Shown here: piece after piece, positions 26,951-40,527 of the stretch
Layout: every line of letters starts with the position of its first letter
How positions within the stretch are numbered: position 1 is the stretch's first letter
Origin: Octopus vulgaris
Taxonomy: Eukaryota
Reading direction: 5' to 3'
Assembly (NCBI GenBank): GCA_951406725.2
Contig: OX597814.1
Span: 131,626,001 to 131,690,000, forward strand
Length of the DNA: 64,000 nt
Position numbers and translations under genes: made by a program
Notes under the pieces: model-generated
The model's input: only the letters and a program-made list of their open reading frames with translations
Told to the model about the DNA's origin: nothing
Databases searched by the model: none

Positions 26951-27499
26951 GAAACCCTGTTGTAGTAGGGAGCATGGAATCACTCCTTAATTACCATTAC
27001 TCTCAAGCCCGCTCTGACTCAGAAAGGTAGTACTTCTCAGGGTCCCATCTATAAGTAAATTAGATTTTTGTAGGGGTAGATTGAACTCCTTACCTGCGAT
27101 GAAAGCTATCTCTCTAGGAGAATGAAAACTGAAAAATTAATGTATAACGCCCAATAAATGTATAACGCCCAATAAAATAGAGTCATACAATGGAGGCAAC
27201 TATCTTATTTCAGAACTCATTCTACCGTTTGCGGAGATTGCGGGCAATAATGATGATGATATGAGAACTATAATGGATTCAAATTACACTGTCTCTAAGT
27301 AGGCCACATTCACGATAGTATTTTTCTCCAGTTCACACGGCCCACATCTGAGCTGTACAGTCACTCTGTTGACGACTCCATCATCGCCGCCGCACTCACC
27401 AAACAACAGTACAATAACTTCATCTCTTATACACTAGTTTCACTTTTTCCATTATCAATTTACTTCTACTGTATCTGACATCGGCAATTTCCTAGATAT

Positions 27500-27668
27500 G
27501 GGTGCAGACATGACTGTGGTAAAAAGTTTGTATCCTAACCACATGGTTCCGGGTTCAGTCCAACAACATCTCACCTTAGGCAAGTGCTTTTATTGTAGCC
27601 CCAGGTCGACCAAAGACTTGTGAGTGAATTTGGTTGACAGCAATTGAAAGAAGCCCGTCGTATATATA
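27500..27668 (+). mobile_element. SINE family A 5' half (3' half at ~30540-30730)
   Basis: Runs from the head to GAAGCCCGTCG+(TA). The body resumes with CTTGACAACCGGTG at ~30586. Confidence 0.7.
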
Positions 27669-28179
27669 TTTGGACATATGTTTACAAGAGAAACTCTTTC
27701 ATTTCTCGAATTTAAGATAGACAGACTTTTCAAGGCATAAAAAGCACGTTCTATTTCTAATCCTATAGGGGGGGGGGGCAGAAGAAACAATATTCCAAGA
27801 AACTGAGAAATTTATGTTGTCTCTTTTATGTTATCATACCTTTTTGTATAAACTAGTACTCCTTTCTTTCCGAAGATCGTTAAAAGATGATTTATGATTA
27901 TTCAAACGTAATTTAAGAGGGGTCTGCGTGCAACCTATATAATGAAACCTAGAGAGATCATGTGTAGTGATAGTAGCTTTATATACAACATTTTTCATTT
28001 TACAATTACCTTTAACCTCACAGGTGTTAGGGTTTCTACATTTACAATTGTTACTAATATTAGGTATGTATATGTGTGTTGATAGAGGAAGAGTTTGTGT
28101 GAGTATGGGATCGTTGGTAGAAGATACAGAGCTATTTGAATAATTGGCGCTAGTATAAGTATTAGAGGGGGTTAAAATT

Positions 28180-28480
28180 CGTGTAGTAAAGATTTAGTTT
28201 TCAATTGTTACAGGAAGAAATAATCCTAAATAAGTTAGGAGAAACAGAAAAGCCACACTTAATCATTCTGTTATTGAATATCCCAGCATACCTAGATTTT
28301 ACTAAAATTTGATTTAATAGTAGAACGAATAGACTTTATAAAATTAGACTTCAAATGTTTAGCAAAAGGAAATATAATCCAAATTATGTTATTATTGTGT
28401 TTCTTATGGTGGTTTTTATTAGATGGATCACCTGTTCGGAAGAAAGGTATAGGTTTCTTTTTACCTCTCGTAATAACACC
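28180..28480 (-). mobile_element. Penelope-like element, RT-endonuclease linker remnant
   Basis: NIIWIIFPFAKHLKSNFIKSI...YAGIFNNRMIKCGFSVSPNLFRIISSCN resembles the Penelope IIWFNPP...KIFN...K.SYS.MPN...II..HN linker. Confidence 0.7.
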
Positions 28481-28552
28481 ATCACTAACAATGCTATTCT
28501 TCTTCTTATTGTTATTATTAATATTGTTATTATTATTCTTATTTTTATCACC

Positions 28553-28648
<96 letters not shown>

Positions 28649-28651
<3 letters not shown>

Positions 28652-28825
28652 TAGTTTTATTGTTATAGCGTGCTTTCACTTCACTACCGAGCGCAGCTCT
28701 GTGTGCCTTGGGTATGTGCTGTGATTTGTTGTGATGCTCTGATGGTTATTGTATGGAAAGTGTTCTGCGTAGGATGTGTGCAGTGCCTAGTAGTGCAATT
28801 TTCTGTATGTTATATGTGTTTGTAA

Positions 28826-28826
<1 letters not shown>
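28649..28826 (-). mobile_element. R4/Dong-type element 3' stub in (TTA)n
   Basis: Reverse complement of 18740-18916. Confidence 0.88.
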
Positions 28827-28919
<93 letters not shown>

Positions 28920-28922
<3 letters not shown>

Positions 28923-28994
28923 TAGTTTTATTTTTATAGCGTGCTTCTACTTCACTACCGAGCGCAGCTCTGTGTACCTCGGGTATGTGCTGTG

Positions 28995-28995
<1 letters not shown>
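28920..28995 (-). mobile_element. R4/Dong-type element, shorter 3' stub in (TTA)n
   Basis: Reverse complement of 18840-18916. Confidence 0.85.
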
Positions 28996-29056
<61 letters not shown>

Positions 29057-29069
29057 GAAAATATTGGAC

Positions 29070-29575
29070 ATCATTAGAGTTGGTTATGTGGTTGTGTGGG
29101 TGGTTTTGAGTATGTGAAGAAATGAGATTTTTTTGTGAAAAGACATTCTTTTGTGTTATTATTTCCGGCTATGTTAATGTTTTTCTCGTAATGACTGCCT
29201 GTGACATAACAATTGTTTGTCTTATTAGAAATATAGGTATTGGTAGAAATCTGGTTAGTAAACGTCTTGCTATTTGCTCCATAGTTGTTAAAATTTTTTT
29301 TCTTTTTTATGGTGGACTTATCTTTACAAATGTTGTGCGCCAAGGCGTTCTAATTCATGATGGTGTTCAGAAATTGTGGTGTGTTTATTGGAATTCATAT
29401 CCATATAGCCGTTGTTATGATTGGAAAAATCATTGTTAAATTTTTTGTACTTAATTTGATATTTATAAGCAGCATTTCTAAGAGCCAAATTGTAATAGTC
29501 TTCATGCTTATTAAAAATTTCTTCATTCGAGGATAATGAGTTAATTCTGTAATCTTTATTAGAAATCATTCTTTC
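29070..29575 (-). mobile_element. Penelope-like element, RT C-terminal remnant and Asn-rich linker
   Basis: RINSLSSNEEIFNKHEDYYNLALRNAAYKYQIKY is typical of the Penelope post-RT segment. Confidence 0.75.
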
Positions 29576-29635
29576 TCTCTTTTTCGACCTCTCACAAAGT
29601 TTGAAATGTTATTTTTTGAACTTACTTTTTCCGTA

Positions 29636-29743
<108 letters not shown>

Positions 29744-30056
29744 TTCCAAGAAAGTTAGAGGTTGTGAATCCAACCAACTGAGGGATAATAACTATCCAAT
29801 ATACTGCTGGTAGAATACCCAATTAATAATACATAAAAGTGTATTTTATTGCATTGCAATTATATTACCGAGTGTACTAAATGGGTGAAGGTAAAGAGAT
29901 ATTTTACCATTAATTTATAGAGCAATAAGGAAATGGAGGGGATCAATAGGTGGTTCATAAACTTTTAGACATTATATTATATCAACTTACCTATTAATTT
30001 ACTAAACTGACAATTAGAAGAATATACATACATGTATAAAACCTTATGTACTTTAT

Positions 30057-30188
30057 AAAATCTCTGACGAAGCCTAGAGAAACACCCAAGTACCTCAAAT
30101 TCATCTACTTATTACTTCAGTTTACTGGAGTAATAAAGGTAGAATGAGGTATTTTTGCCTCATGGCTGAAACAGCAGTAAGTTATTTT
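30057..30188 (+). ncRNA. Type I hammerhead motif with a long stem II, inside inverted arms 29929-30038 / 30278-30388
   Basis: CTGACGA (30064-30070), AGCC, ~90 nt largely self-complementary, GGCT, GAAA (30168-30171), CAGCAG, TA. Stem I (AAAATCT / AGTTATTTT) is imperfect. Confidence 0.65.
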
Positions 30189-30418
30189 CCCAATTCCTAT
30201 TCCTGTATGTTATATTGTAATAATTACTGGTATCTTTATATATTAACATATTTTATATTTTATATGTAAAACATATGTTATACATGTATGTATATTCTTG
30301 TAATTGTCATTTTAGTAAATAAATAAATAAGTTGACATAATATAATGTCTAAAAGTTTATGAACCACCTATTGACCCCCTCCATTTTCTTATTGCTCTCT
30401 CTCTCTATATATATGTAA

Positions 30419-30517
<99 letters not shown>

Positions 30518-31419
30518 AGTGAGAGCTCTATGTCTGTATGCTTGTGTATCTATGTGTGTATGTTTGTGTCTGTCCCACACTACCACTTGACAACCGGTGT
30601 TCGTTTGCTTACGTCTTCATCACTCAGTGGTTAGGCAAAAAAGACCAATATAATAAATACAAGGCTGAAAGAATAAGCACTGGGGTCGATTCGATCAACT
30701 AAAACACCTCTAAGTTGTGCCCCAGCATTGTACTGGGTGTTGTGCAACTGGTCCCTGACTGGAGTTCTTTTGGCGTCGGCTCACCAACATACCTCAGCTT
30801 GTTCGCTAGCTTTTTCATCTTCGTCTAGCGATTTACCTTGACCTTGACTGTCATAGTGGTGACTTCAACAAACATTTCTCTGGCTAAACCCGTACTCCCT
30901 TACTCGGACTTTCCGTCACTTTGTCCTGCAGTTGTTGGATGAATTCTGGCTTGCAGACGCGGTCAGATCGCCTTCTATAGCCTTTCCTGCTGGCCACGGT
31001 TTCGTAGTCTCTGTTGTAGCAGTCCATCTCTCATCTTACAGCCTTCCTATTATTCATACAGCACTGAGCAGCAATCATGGTGTCGGCATTTTGATATCCA
31101 ATGCAAACCATCATCACAGAGGTACCCCCTTTTCAATATTCAGATGATTTCCATTCCTCCATGTCAACTAACTTTCTCTCAACTACAACTTTAATCTTTA
31201 CGCTCTCCAGCACCGTAGACTGTTTACTAGTTCACTAGTACATCGAGCTGTTTGAAATGCTTTACTTTGCGCATTGTTTCATTGTCTATATGCACATTTA
31301 TGCAATTTCTGGTCTTGATTTCTGAGAAACGTGAGAAGTGATAAGATTAGTTCGTGGGTGTAGCTGTTTCTTGGTACGTAGCCCGTATTCATACATACGT
31401 ACTTACATAAAGGTAGTCT

Positions 31420-32000
31420 GATTCTATTCAAATTTTGAATATTTCTCGTTAATTTTGCTTTTCCGTACATGAACACAGATGTAGCTTCTGAGTCTCGAGA
31501 GCTGTTTGAAATTTTCATTACAAACACTGAAAATATGTCTCACCTCAAGTGGCACAGTCTGGTATATTTTGTCTGATGTGCTAACGTTTAAATGTCTTTT
31601 TAGACCAGCGAGGGACTTACATGTCTTACGGCACACTAGCGCGTTGGCTGGAATGATTTTTGTGTTAGATGGGCCAACTGCATGAAGATGAGTTCTAAGA
31701 TGTGAAGTTAGGTCTGCCTTAGAAACGTCTTACCACATGTTGACGAAGAAAGGGCCTACTCCCGTGTTTAACAAAGTACTATTTTTCGGTAGTTCTTTTT
31801 TTCATTTTTGAATACTTTTTTTTTCCCCAAAAATCTTTTAGCCCAGTTAAGACATGTTTCCGTCATTTCTCATAGCAAAGTGCGATAAATCTGTGTATGG
31901 TATATTCAATGCTTGAAGGTGGGTTCCTAGCAATATTTATACCGTTTTTGTTTCAGTTATTCCACATCCATTTTGGATGGCCAGCCCACCTTACCTGATA
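31420..32000 (-). mobile_element. Degenerate RTE-type LINE C-terminus with tandem C2H2 zinc fingers
   Basis: QVRWAGH and KQKRYK, then TCGKT..SKADLTSHLRTH, CRKTCKSLAGLKRHL and SVCNENFKQLSRLRSYICVH, frameshifted. Confidence 0.6.
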
Positions 32001-32015
32001 GGAAATCAACAAAGT

Positions 32016-32430
32016 AGGAGTGGCTGTGTGGTAGTAAGTAGCTTGCTTACAAACCACATGGTTCCAGGTTCAGTTCCACTGCGTGGCACTTTGGGCAAGT
32101 GTCTTCTACTATAGCCTCGGACCAACCAAAGCCTTGTGAGTGGATTTGGTTGACGGAAACTGAAAGAAGCCCGTCGTATATATGTATATATATGTGTGTA
32201 TGTGTGTGTGTATATGTTTGTGTGTCTATGTTTGTCTCTCCCAACATCGCTTGACAATCGATGCTGGTGTGTTTACGTCCCCGTAACTTAGCGGTTCGGC
32301 AAAAAGAGACCGATAGAATAAGTACTAGGTTTACAAAGAATAAATCCTGGGGGCAATTTGCTCGACTAAAGGCGGTGCTCCAGCATGGCCACAGTCACAT
32401 GACTGAAACAAGTAAAATAATAAAAGAGTA
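32016..32430 (+). mobile_element. SINE family A
   Basis: Full head-to-tail match. Confidence 0.9.
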
Positions 32431-32737
32431 GACTGTACTTATTGTTTGAAGAAAGGGAATATCGTCAAACAATCAAACTGTTTGTCAAGAGACTTCCTCA
32501 TTCTTTTTTCTGTCACAAGTCGCACAGAAACAATGTTGTGTGAAGCCTTGTAATATCTAAATAATAATATTCAAATTCATTTCAGTTCTCCACATACATA
32601 ATGACACATACAAACATAAGGGCATAACCTATTCGCTTAAATATACGTACGGTATGTTGATTAGCTTGTATGTTATGTTATTTAATACATCGTATTTGCT
32701 TTTCTCGTTCAAATATATGCTAAAGTCCACTGCTTTC

Positions 32738-32832
<95 letters not shown>

Positions 32833-32834
<2 letters not shown>

Positions 32835-33235
32835 AGTGGCTGTGTGGTAAGTAGCTTGCTTACCAACCACATGGTTCTGGGTTCAGTCTCACTGCGTGGC
32901 AAGTGTCTTCTACTATAGCCTCGGGCCGACCAAAGCCTTGTCAGTGGATTTGGTAGATGGAAACTGAAAGAATCCCGTCGCATGTATGTATATATATGTT
33001 TGTGTGTGTATATGTTTGTGTGTGTATATGTTTGTGTGTCTGTGTTTGTACCCCCAACATCGCTTGACAACCGATGCTGGTGTGTTTACGTCCCCATAAC
33101 TTAGCGGTTCGGCAAAAGAAACCGATAGGCTTACAAAGAATATGTCCTGAGGGCGATTTGCTCGACTAAAAGCGATGCTCCAGAATGGCCGCAGTCAAAT
33201 GACTGAAACAAGGAAAAGAGTAAAAAGAGTAAAAG
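32833..33235 (+). mobile_element. SINE family A
   Basis: Full head-to-tail match directly after (TA)n. Confidence 0.9.
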
Positions 33236-33244
33236 ATATATGCA

Positions 33245-33286
<42 letters not shown>

Positions 33287-33394
33287 CATGTATATACGTT
33301 TGTATGTCTATTGTTTACGTCATAAAAATGTAGAAACTTCGAGTGACATGAAGTAAATCGATACGAGACAATGCCAGAATAATACAATAATAGT

Positions 33395-34330
33395 GTGGTT
33401 TCAATTACAGATCTTTGAGGAACTCCACTGTGGACTGACGTCTCCCCAGAGAGAGCATTATTGGTTGCGACTGTCTGACATCTGTCTTTTAAAATGTCAT
33501 GCTACCCCTCTTTGAGTTTTCCAGTGATACCAAGTTCACGTAGTTTGTGACATATTATCCTATGATAAACTTTGGCTAAGTCGCGATATATCACATTCCC
33601 ATTTGAGTGGTTGAGCTACTGTTTCAGTAGCCAATTATAATGTTGTGGTAGCTATGTGAGGTAGCTCTTCTCTGGGCGGATCATGTGGTGTATTTGTGAG
33701 CAAGTTATTCTCTTGTAAAAATGTGATCCTTCTCCTTCTGATAATGTGTTCCATGACCTTGCTAACATGTAAAGCCAGAGAGACAGGCCTGTAATTTTTA
33801 GCATATGCTTTACCCCTTCCATTATAGATAGGGCATATGATACCCTCTTTTAACAGTTAGGTAAATTTTCCACATGCAAGGAAACTCTGAAACAGTATCT
33901 GCACTGGTTTTGCCAGAATTTCCTTGCATGTTTTTCGGAGAACAGCCGGAAATCCATCCGGGCCGTTGCTGAGTTTAAGCTCACCTCATTAATGGCCGAT
34001 ATTACAGCATCCTCTTATATGTCGACAAAATCGATAGCTGCCTTTCCCCATGCAGGTCTACGGTGTTGAAGAACACTTTAGGCTCGCTTATTTGCATGTT
34101 TCCCAGCGGAGAGGTGGAGACACTCTGGAATTGTTTATTAAGCACTTCACTTATCCTCTTGAAGTCCGCAGTTAGCAAGCAGTCTTCTTTAAACTGTCTC
34201 TCTATAGTGTAGTGCACCGAGACAAAGCGCTTTCGTGAACTTGTAGAAAGGTTTGGGATTTATTTTATATTTTCCACTATCCAGGTTTCTCTTTGTACCC
34301 TTTCCTTTATCTTGTTGGCGGTGCGTTTTG
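33395..34330 (-). mobile_element. Degenerate CR1-group LINE reverse transcriptase fragment
   Basis: KINPKPFYKF, EVLNKQFQSV, PDGFPAVL, IICPIYNG..AKNYRPVSL, SKVMEHII and SGVPQ, with stops and frameshifts. Confidence 0.85.
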
Positions 34331-35538
34331 CCATGTGTGCCATCTGCCTGAGATTTAGATGCGTAAAGCAGCAGTTCGTCCCCATCTCTCACTGCTAAAA
34401 GATACCTTTGAGGTGAAATTTACAAGTGCTACGTGTTTCACGTACCATCTTCTTTCAATTTCTACTTCTCTTTTTGTTTCCTTTTTTTACGTCTGGTCTC
34501 CTTTCCAATAGGCTTCACAGTTCCTTTACCTTTCCTATTGTTTTGGGCGATGGTATTAGGCTGCTGTTTTAGAGGTTTTCAAGTTCTTTCCTTTTTTTTT
34601 CGATTTCTCCATCTCCATGAACTTGTATACCTTAGTTCATGGTAACCTTTTTAGTGCCTTCCTTATTGGGTCTTCCACATGAGGGTTCTTTACATCAGGT
34701 ATTGTACCTGAAGACTCATATTTCTAAAAATGGCATTCAGCTTCTCCAAATGAGGTCTGACCAGTGCATAAGAGCGAATGAATTAACTTTTCTTCTGCTC
34801 TATTTGCGCCACGAACCTACTGAATCCTACACTTTTCAGAGCCGCAGAGATAACATTATTGGGAAGATCATTCACAGCTATCTCCCAGGTTCTGAAGAAA
34901 AGTTCTATTCCTAGACGTTCCAGTTTCTCGACGACATATAAAAGTAATAATCTAAATGAGGAAAGGTGAAGTCAAATTGACACTACAATTGTTTCCGTAA
35001 ACGGACAATATTTTAATTTCACATCTCATACAATGTTTTGTAATACATGCCATAATCTATGGATATATGTAATAATTTATGGCCCAATCTCTTCCTCAGA
35101 TGTCATGATTTGAAGGCACCATATACCTTTTATTAAAATATTTTGTTTTAAACCTACAGGAGACATCAAGAAAAAGCCATGTGATTGGTCCATTGTGACA
35201 TCCTAAATGAACTCATCACAAAACCTTCATTTGGTCGAGGATGCGTTCAGATAATGAAATCCGAGGATGGCATGTATCATGTAACAGTGTACGACATGTA
35301 GAATAAAGATATGAACTGTTGTAACATCAATTTGAATTATTTCCGCATTTGAAATATTACTTTTATTATCACTCTGCGGGGCTTATTTTAGGCCTTTTGG
35401 ATCTACTTTGGAATTATGCAGTGATCCCATTTATATTAATCGAAGTCTTACGGATCTCAGTTTAATTTCGGAATACTATACTAGCCAAGATCCAGCGTGA
35501 TATACAAATGAAGTGATAGCCAAAATTGTAATATCCCC

Positions 35539-35876
<338 letters not shown>

Positions 35877-36316
35877 AACCGTTAATCAAGAAATATAAGA
35901 TGTAAATATATATTTAACCAATTGAATTGAATAACGTTACAGCCGTTTCGCATGCTTTTTCATGGTTCGGAGTTATCTTATATACTCATTAGGTTATTTT
36001 TGTATTATCTGAAATAGAATACCCGCATATCAATTGAGTATATATATATATATATATATATCGTCCGTCTCAGTTCAAATTCCGCCAAAGTCGAGTTTGC
36101 TTTCATTCTTTAGTGGTCGAAGTTGAGTTCAATTTCCACCGAGGCGGAAAAATTGACTAGTCAAACAAATAGTCCTTACGACTTATTCTTTGTAAGCCTT
36201 GTACGTATTCTATCGGGTCGCTTTTGTCGAACTGCTAAGTTACGAGGACGTAAGCACACCAGCATCGGTTGTAAAGTGATGGCAGGTTGACAAACACAGA
36301 CAAGTACATACATACA

Positions 36317-36387
<71 letters not shown>

Positions 36388-37194
36388 GACTGGCTTCTTT
36401 CAATTTCCGTCTACCAAATCCACTCACAACGCTATAGTAGAAGACACTTGTGCCAGGTGCCACGTCATGGGACTGAGCTGTTTTTTTAATTCCAAATGTT
36501 CTATTTTTCCTTTATCACGTGTTTTGTTCTAAGCGAATACCCGCGACAAACGACGTAAATGTATTTAAATACACCTGACTGATCTATCAATAGCATGTTT
36601 TCTATGTCAATGCGCACTAAGAATATAGAAATAAGTTCTACTTCATTGCACTCCAATAACTGAAGAGAGTTTTAAAAAAATATTATTTTTGTACTTTCTC
36701 TCTCTGTCACTTTCTCTCATACCCCTTCCTTCCTCTCTCTCTTTCTGTCTTTTCTTACATACATGCATACATACATACATACATACATACATACATACAT
36801 ACATACATACATACATACATACATACATACATACATACATACATTATTAACTCAAGAAATATAAGAGGTAGATACATATTTATTTAACTACTGGAATCAA
36901 ATAGGGTTACAGCCGTTTCGCAACCTTTTTCATGGTTCTGAGTTATCTAATATTTTTATCTTCAACTTGTTTCAGTCCTTAGATTGTGGCCATGCTGGGG
37001 CGTCGACTTGAAAATTTTAGTCGAACGAATCGACCCCCGCACTTTTTAAGGTTGGTAACTATTCTGGCGGTCACTAAGCTTGGTAACTTTTCTGGCCGAT
37101 CAGCTATGTTACAGGAATGTAAGCATACCAACATCGGTTGTCAAGTAGTGATGGGTGCAAACACAGACATAAAGTCAAAGAGGCACACACGCTA

Positions 37195-37230
<36 letters not shown>

Positions 37231-37626
37231 ATACGTTTCAGTACTATATACACCACAGTCATCATCCAGGCAATATGTAGACCTTTCTAAAGGTGGCGGT
37301 CTGGGAGAGTCGTCACCGTAGTGGACTGACAGAGGCGTTACTGCGTCAGGCAAAATGTTTAGCGGTCGTCACGTTTCGCCCGTCGTTACGTTCTGAGTTC
37401 AATTTCCGCCGAGGTTGACTTTACCTTTCATCCCTTTTCGCGATCGATAAAGTAAGTATCAGTTGAACATTGGAATCGATCAAAAAGACATCCTCTCTTA
37501 CGAAATTACTGGTTTTGTGCCAAAATTTGATACCAATACGTTGATTGTTTTAGCTTTTAAAGTAAATGGAAATATAAAGAGCAAAATATTCATGCAAGAT
37601 ATATAGATATATAGATAGATAGATAC

Positions 37627-37668
<42 letters not shown>

Positions 37669-39840
37669 GGTGGGGAGAGAAAAAGGGTGTGTGTAGCGAG
37701 AGTTCTCTCCAAAGCGAACTTCAATAACAATATCCTTTTTACAACTCAAACGTATTTGAACTGATATTAAAAGAGGTTTCATTCACAACACTGCATTCGG
37801 CTAACAGACAGACAGACAGACAGACAGACACACATACACACACACACACGCGCGCGCGCAAACATAGAGGCATTCTTTTCTAATCTCGATTCCACCTATA
37901 CAGTGTTATACATTCCAGTCATAGATTTGTTATTGCTTTCTATTTATACTTAGCCTCCATTTTTTTTTACACGCTCAGCCAACCTTCCTTCTCCTTCTTT
38001 GTTTAGTTCTATTTTTGGTGTCCCGCTTTTCATATTTAAAAGACCAAATGAGTACTAACTGGCGTTGAGCAATGGATTGAGAATGAAATTATAGAGACGG
38101 GTAAGCTGTCCGAAAGCTTCCTGTATACATACGCGCACATTCACACACACACTCAGGTATACACGCACACGTAACTAGACGCACCCATATATTTCTATTC
38201 ATATATAACAATGGTTGTATTCGTATTTTCCGTATATGTCCACGATTGTCTGTCAGGCAACTTTTGGCTACAACTGAACAGAGACGTAATGTTTCAGAAA
38301 CTGTGGACACTCTTCTTGGTCCAATTTCTATTCGTTATGACGGAAGGGGGAAGCTAAAGACAGAGTGACGTTGTAGGGATGCGTGTTTACGTATGTGCGT
38401 ATAGAAGAAGCTTTCGTATAGTTTACTCATCTAGTGGTTCCTGGAAGAACTCAGTGCCGTATGCAGTCCTTGTTTACACTCCTTGTACGCATGTGCAAGA
38501 TTTTCGCAATCAGCTATGTAACACGTGGTGCTTCTTTGCTTACTGGACTAACAGAACGTCACAGTGATGTGTAAAATACTCGATTCTGCTTGGCTAAAAT
38601 GTCAAAATTTTGCTAATTTTAAAGGCTAATAACTTTTTAATTAAGAATTTTGTAGGAAAAATGATATTCATTTTCATAAATAGAATACAAGACTTTTCTA
38701 TTCCTATATAACAATGGTTGTATTCATATTCTCCGTATATGGCCACGATTGGTTGTCGGGCAACAGTTGACTACAACTCATCAGATACGTAATGCTTCAG
38801 AAAAGGTGAACATTATTCTTGTTCCAATTTCTATTGGTTATGGCAGAAGGGATAGCTACAAACATGGTAAGCTATTAGGGATGAGACGCTGAAACGAAAC
38901 TGAGAAGTAGTAAGTGATCATCTAAATATGGAAAAAGGGAACTAAGTAGAGAACGAGAAGAAAAGTCGAAGTGCAAATGTGCGTGTAAATGAAGGTTAAG
39001 TATAAAAACAAAAGAAAAAAAAACAAACAAAACTATGAATAAAATATACGAAATTATATAGGTGGAATCGAGATTAGAAATGAGTAACAGAGAAATGATA
39101 TCAACAGGAATATTTATTGGTAGAGAAACGAGAGAGAATTGAGGTAGATAACAATATTGGTTGAGAAACGAAGACATCTTCAGGTTCTATTTCAAAATAT
39201 ATATCTAATTTTACATCCCTTTGAAAATAAGCAATACAATTAAGCATTAAAGATAAAAATTTACGAATTAAAAATTAAGAATAAAAATTATACTTTGTAA
39301 TATTAAGAATTAAAATTTATAAATTATACATTATAATATATATCAATCATGTAAAATCAAGTATATGTCAAATACAGAATGTGAGATCTAAGGTTAAACG
39401 TCAGAATAAAAATGTCTGTGTTTAAATGTGATATATAACAAGAAAAACTCAAATACATATCTTTTTTGTTTTTCGCTGGTACAAAAATGATTTTAGTACC
39501 GTTTTAGTACCAGCGAAAAAAAAAAAGGAAGATATGTTTATTTTTGTATTATCTGAAATAGAATACCCGCATATCGATTAACCCCCGAAAATTGAATATT
39601 GAGTGTGTGTGTGTATATATATAAATATATATATATATAGGGAGATGTACTCGCATAGCAAGTGATTTGATCTGATATCGTGTGCTGGAACGAAAACAAT
39701 TGCAGCGTGGAAGGTGTTTGTAAGCCTGACAAATTAAACTTAAATGTTGAAGTGAATCGAACGGCTTTTGTGTGTTTCTTAAATGGCTTACAAACACCTT
39801 CCACGCTGCAATTGTTTATATATATATATATATATATATA

Positions 39841-40120
39841 TGATTGATTGATTGATTGATGATTGATTCTAGTTTCAGCTTATGAGCTGTGGCCATGCTG
39901 GGGCACCGCCATTTGGTGTTGCTACTTGGTTTCACTTCATGGAGGCTTTCTAGCAACTGCTATTTGGTGCATGAGAGAGTTCGATGCAGCTGCCCTCATC
40001 TGCCCCTCCTGCCGTGAAGTTGGTTCATCTGGGACACCTGACAGGAAGAGATCCAGCTTTATTTTAAAGACATCTGTATCCACCCCATGCAGGTCTCTCA
40101 GGTTCTTCGGGAGGATATTC
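39841..40120 (-). mobile_element. CR1-group LINE extreme 3' end with (AATC)n tail
   Basis: NILPKNLRDLHGVDTDVFKIKLDLFLSGVPDEPT...RAAASNSLMHQ, followed by a 3'UTR stem-loop and (AATC)n. Confidence 0.85.
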
Positions 40121-40268
40121 ATATCTTTCCATAGAGTACATCTCCCTATATATATATAAATAACCAACTTACTTAGAAATGGATGCGTGCGTTCCGTTAT
40201 ATAATAACAAATTAATAAATAAAACATATGCATATATACATACATATATGTACGTACCTACATCTACA

Positions 40269-40357
<89 letters not shown>

Positions 40358-40527
40358 ACAATTGAGGGTAAAATTAATTAATCAATTTCACCAAGTGTTC
40401 AGTATGTAAAAGGACCATTTAAGGCGAATTCAAAATATCACATTATATAATTAGGGCTTAGTAAAATAAATTACTTTGCCACATACTGAACTTAGTAGAA
40501 ATAGCAGCCAAAAAAAAAAAAAGAAAT

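Noticed and set aside
34430-34920. Possible LINE ORF1 (gag-like) remnant on the minus strand
   Set aside because: Too degenerate; no motif could be read with confidence.
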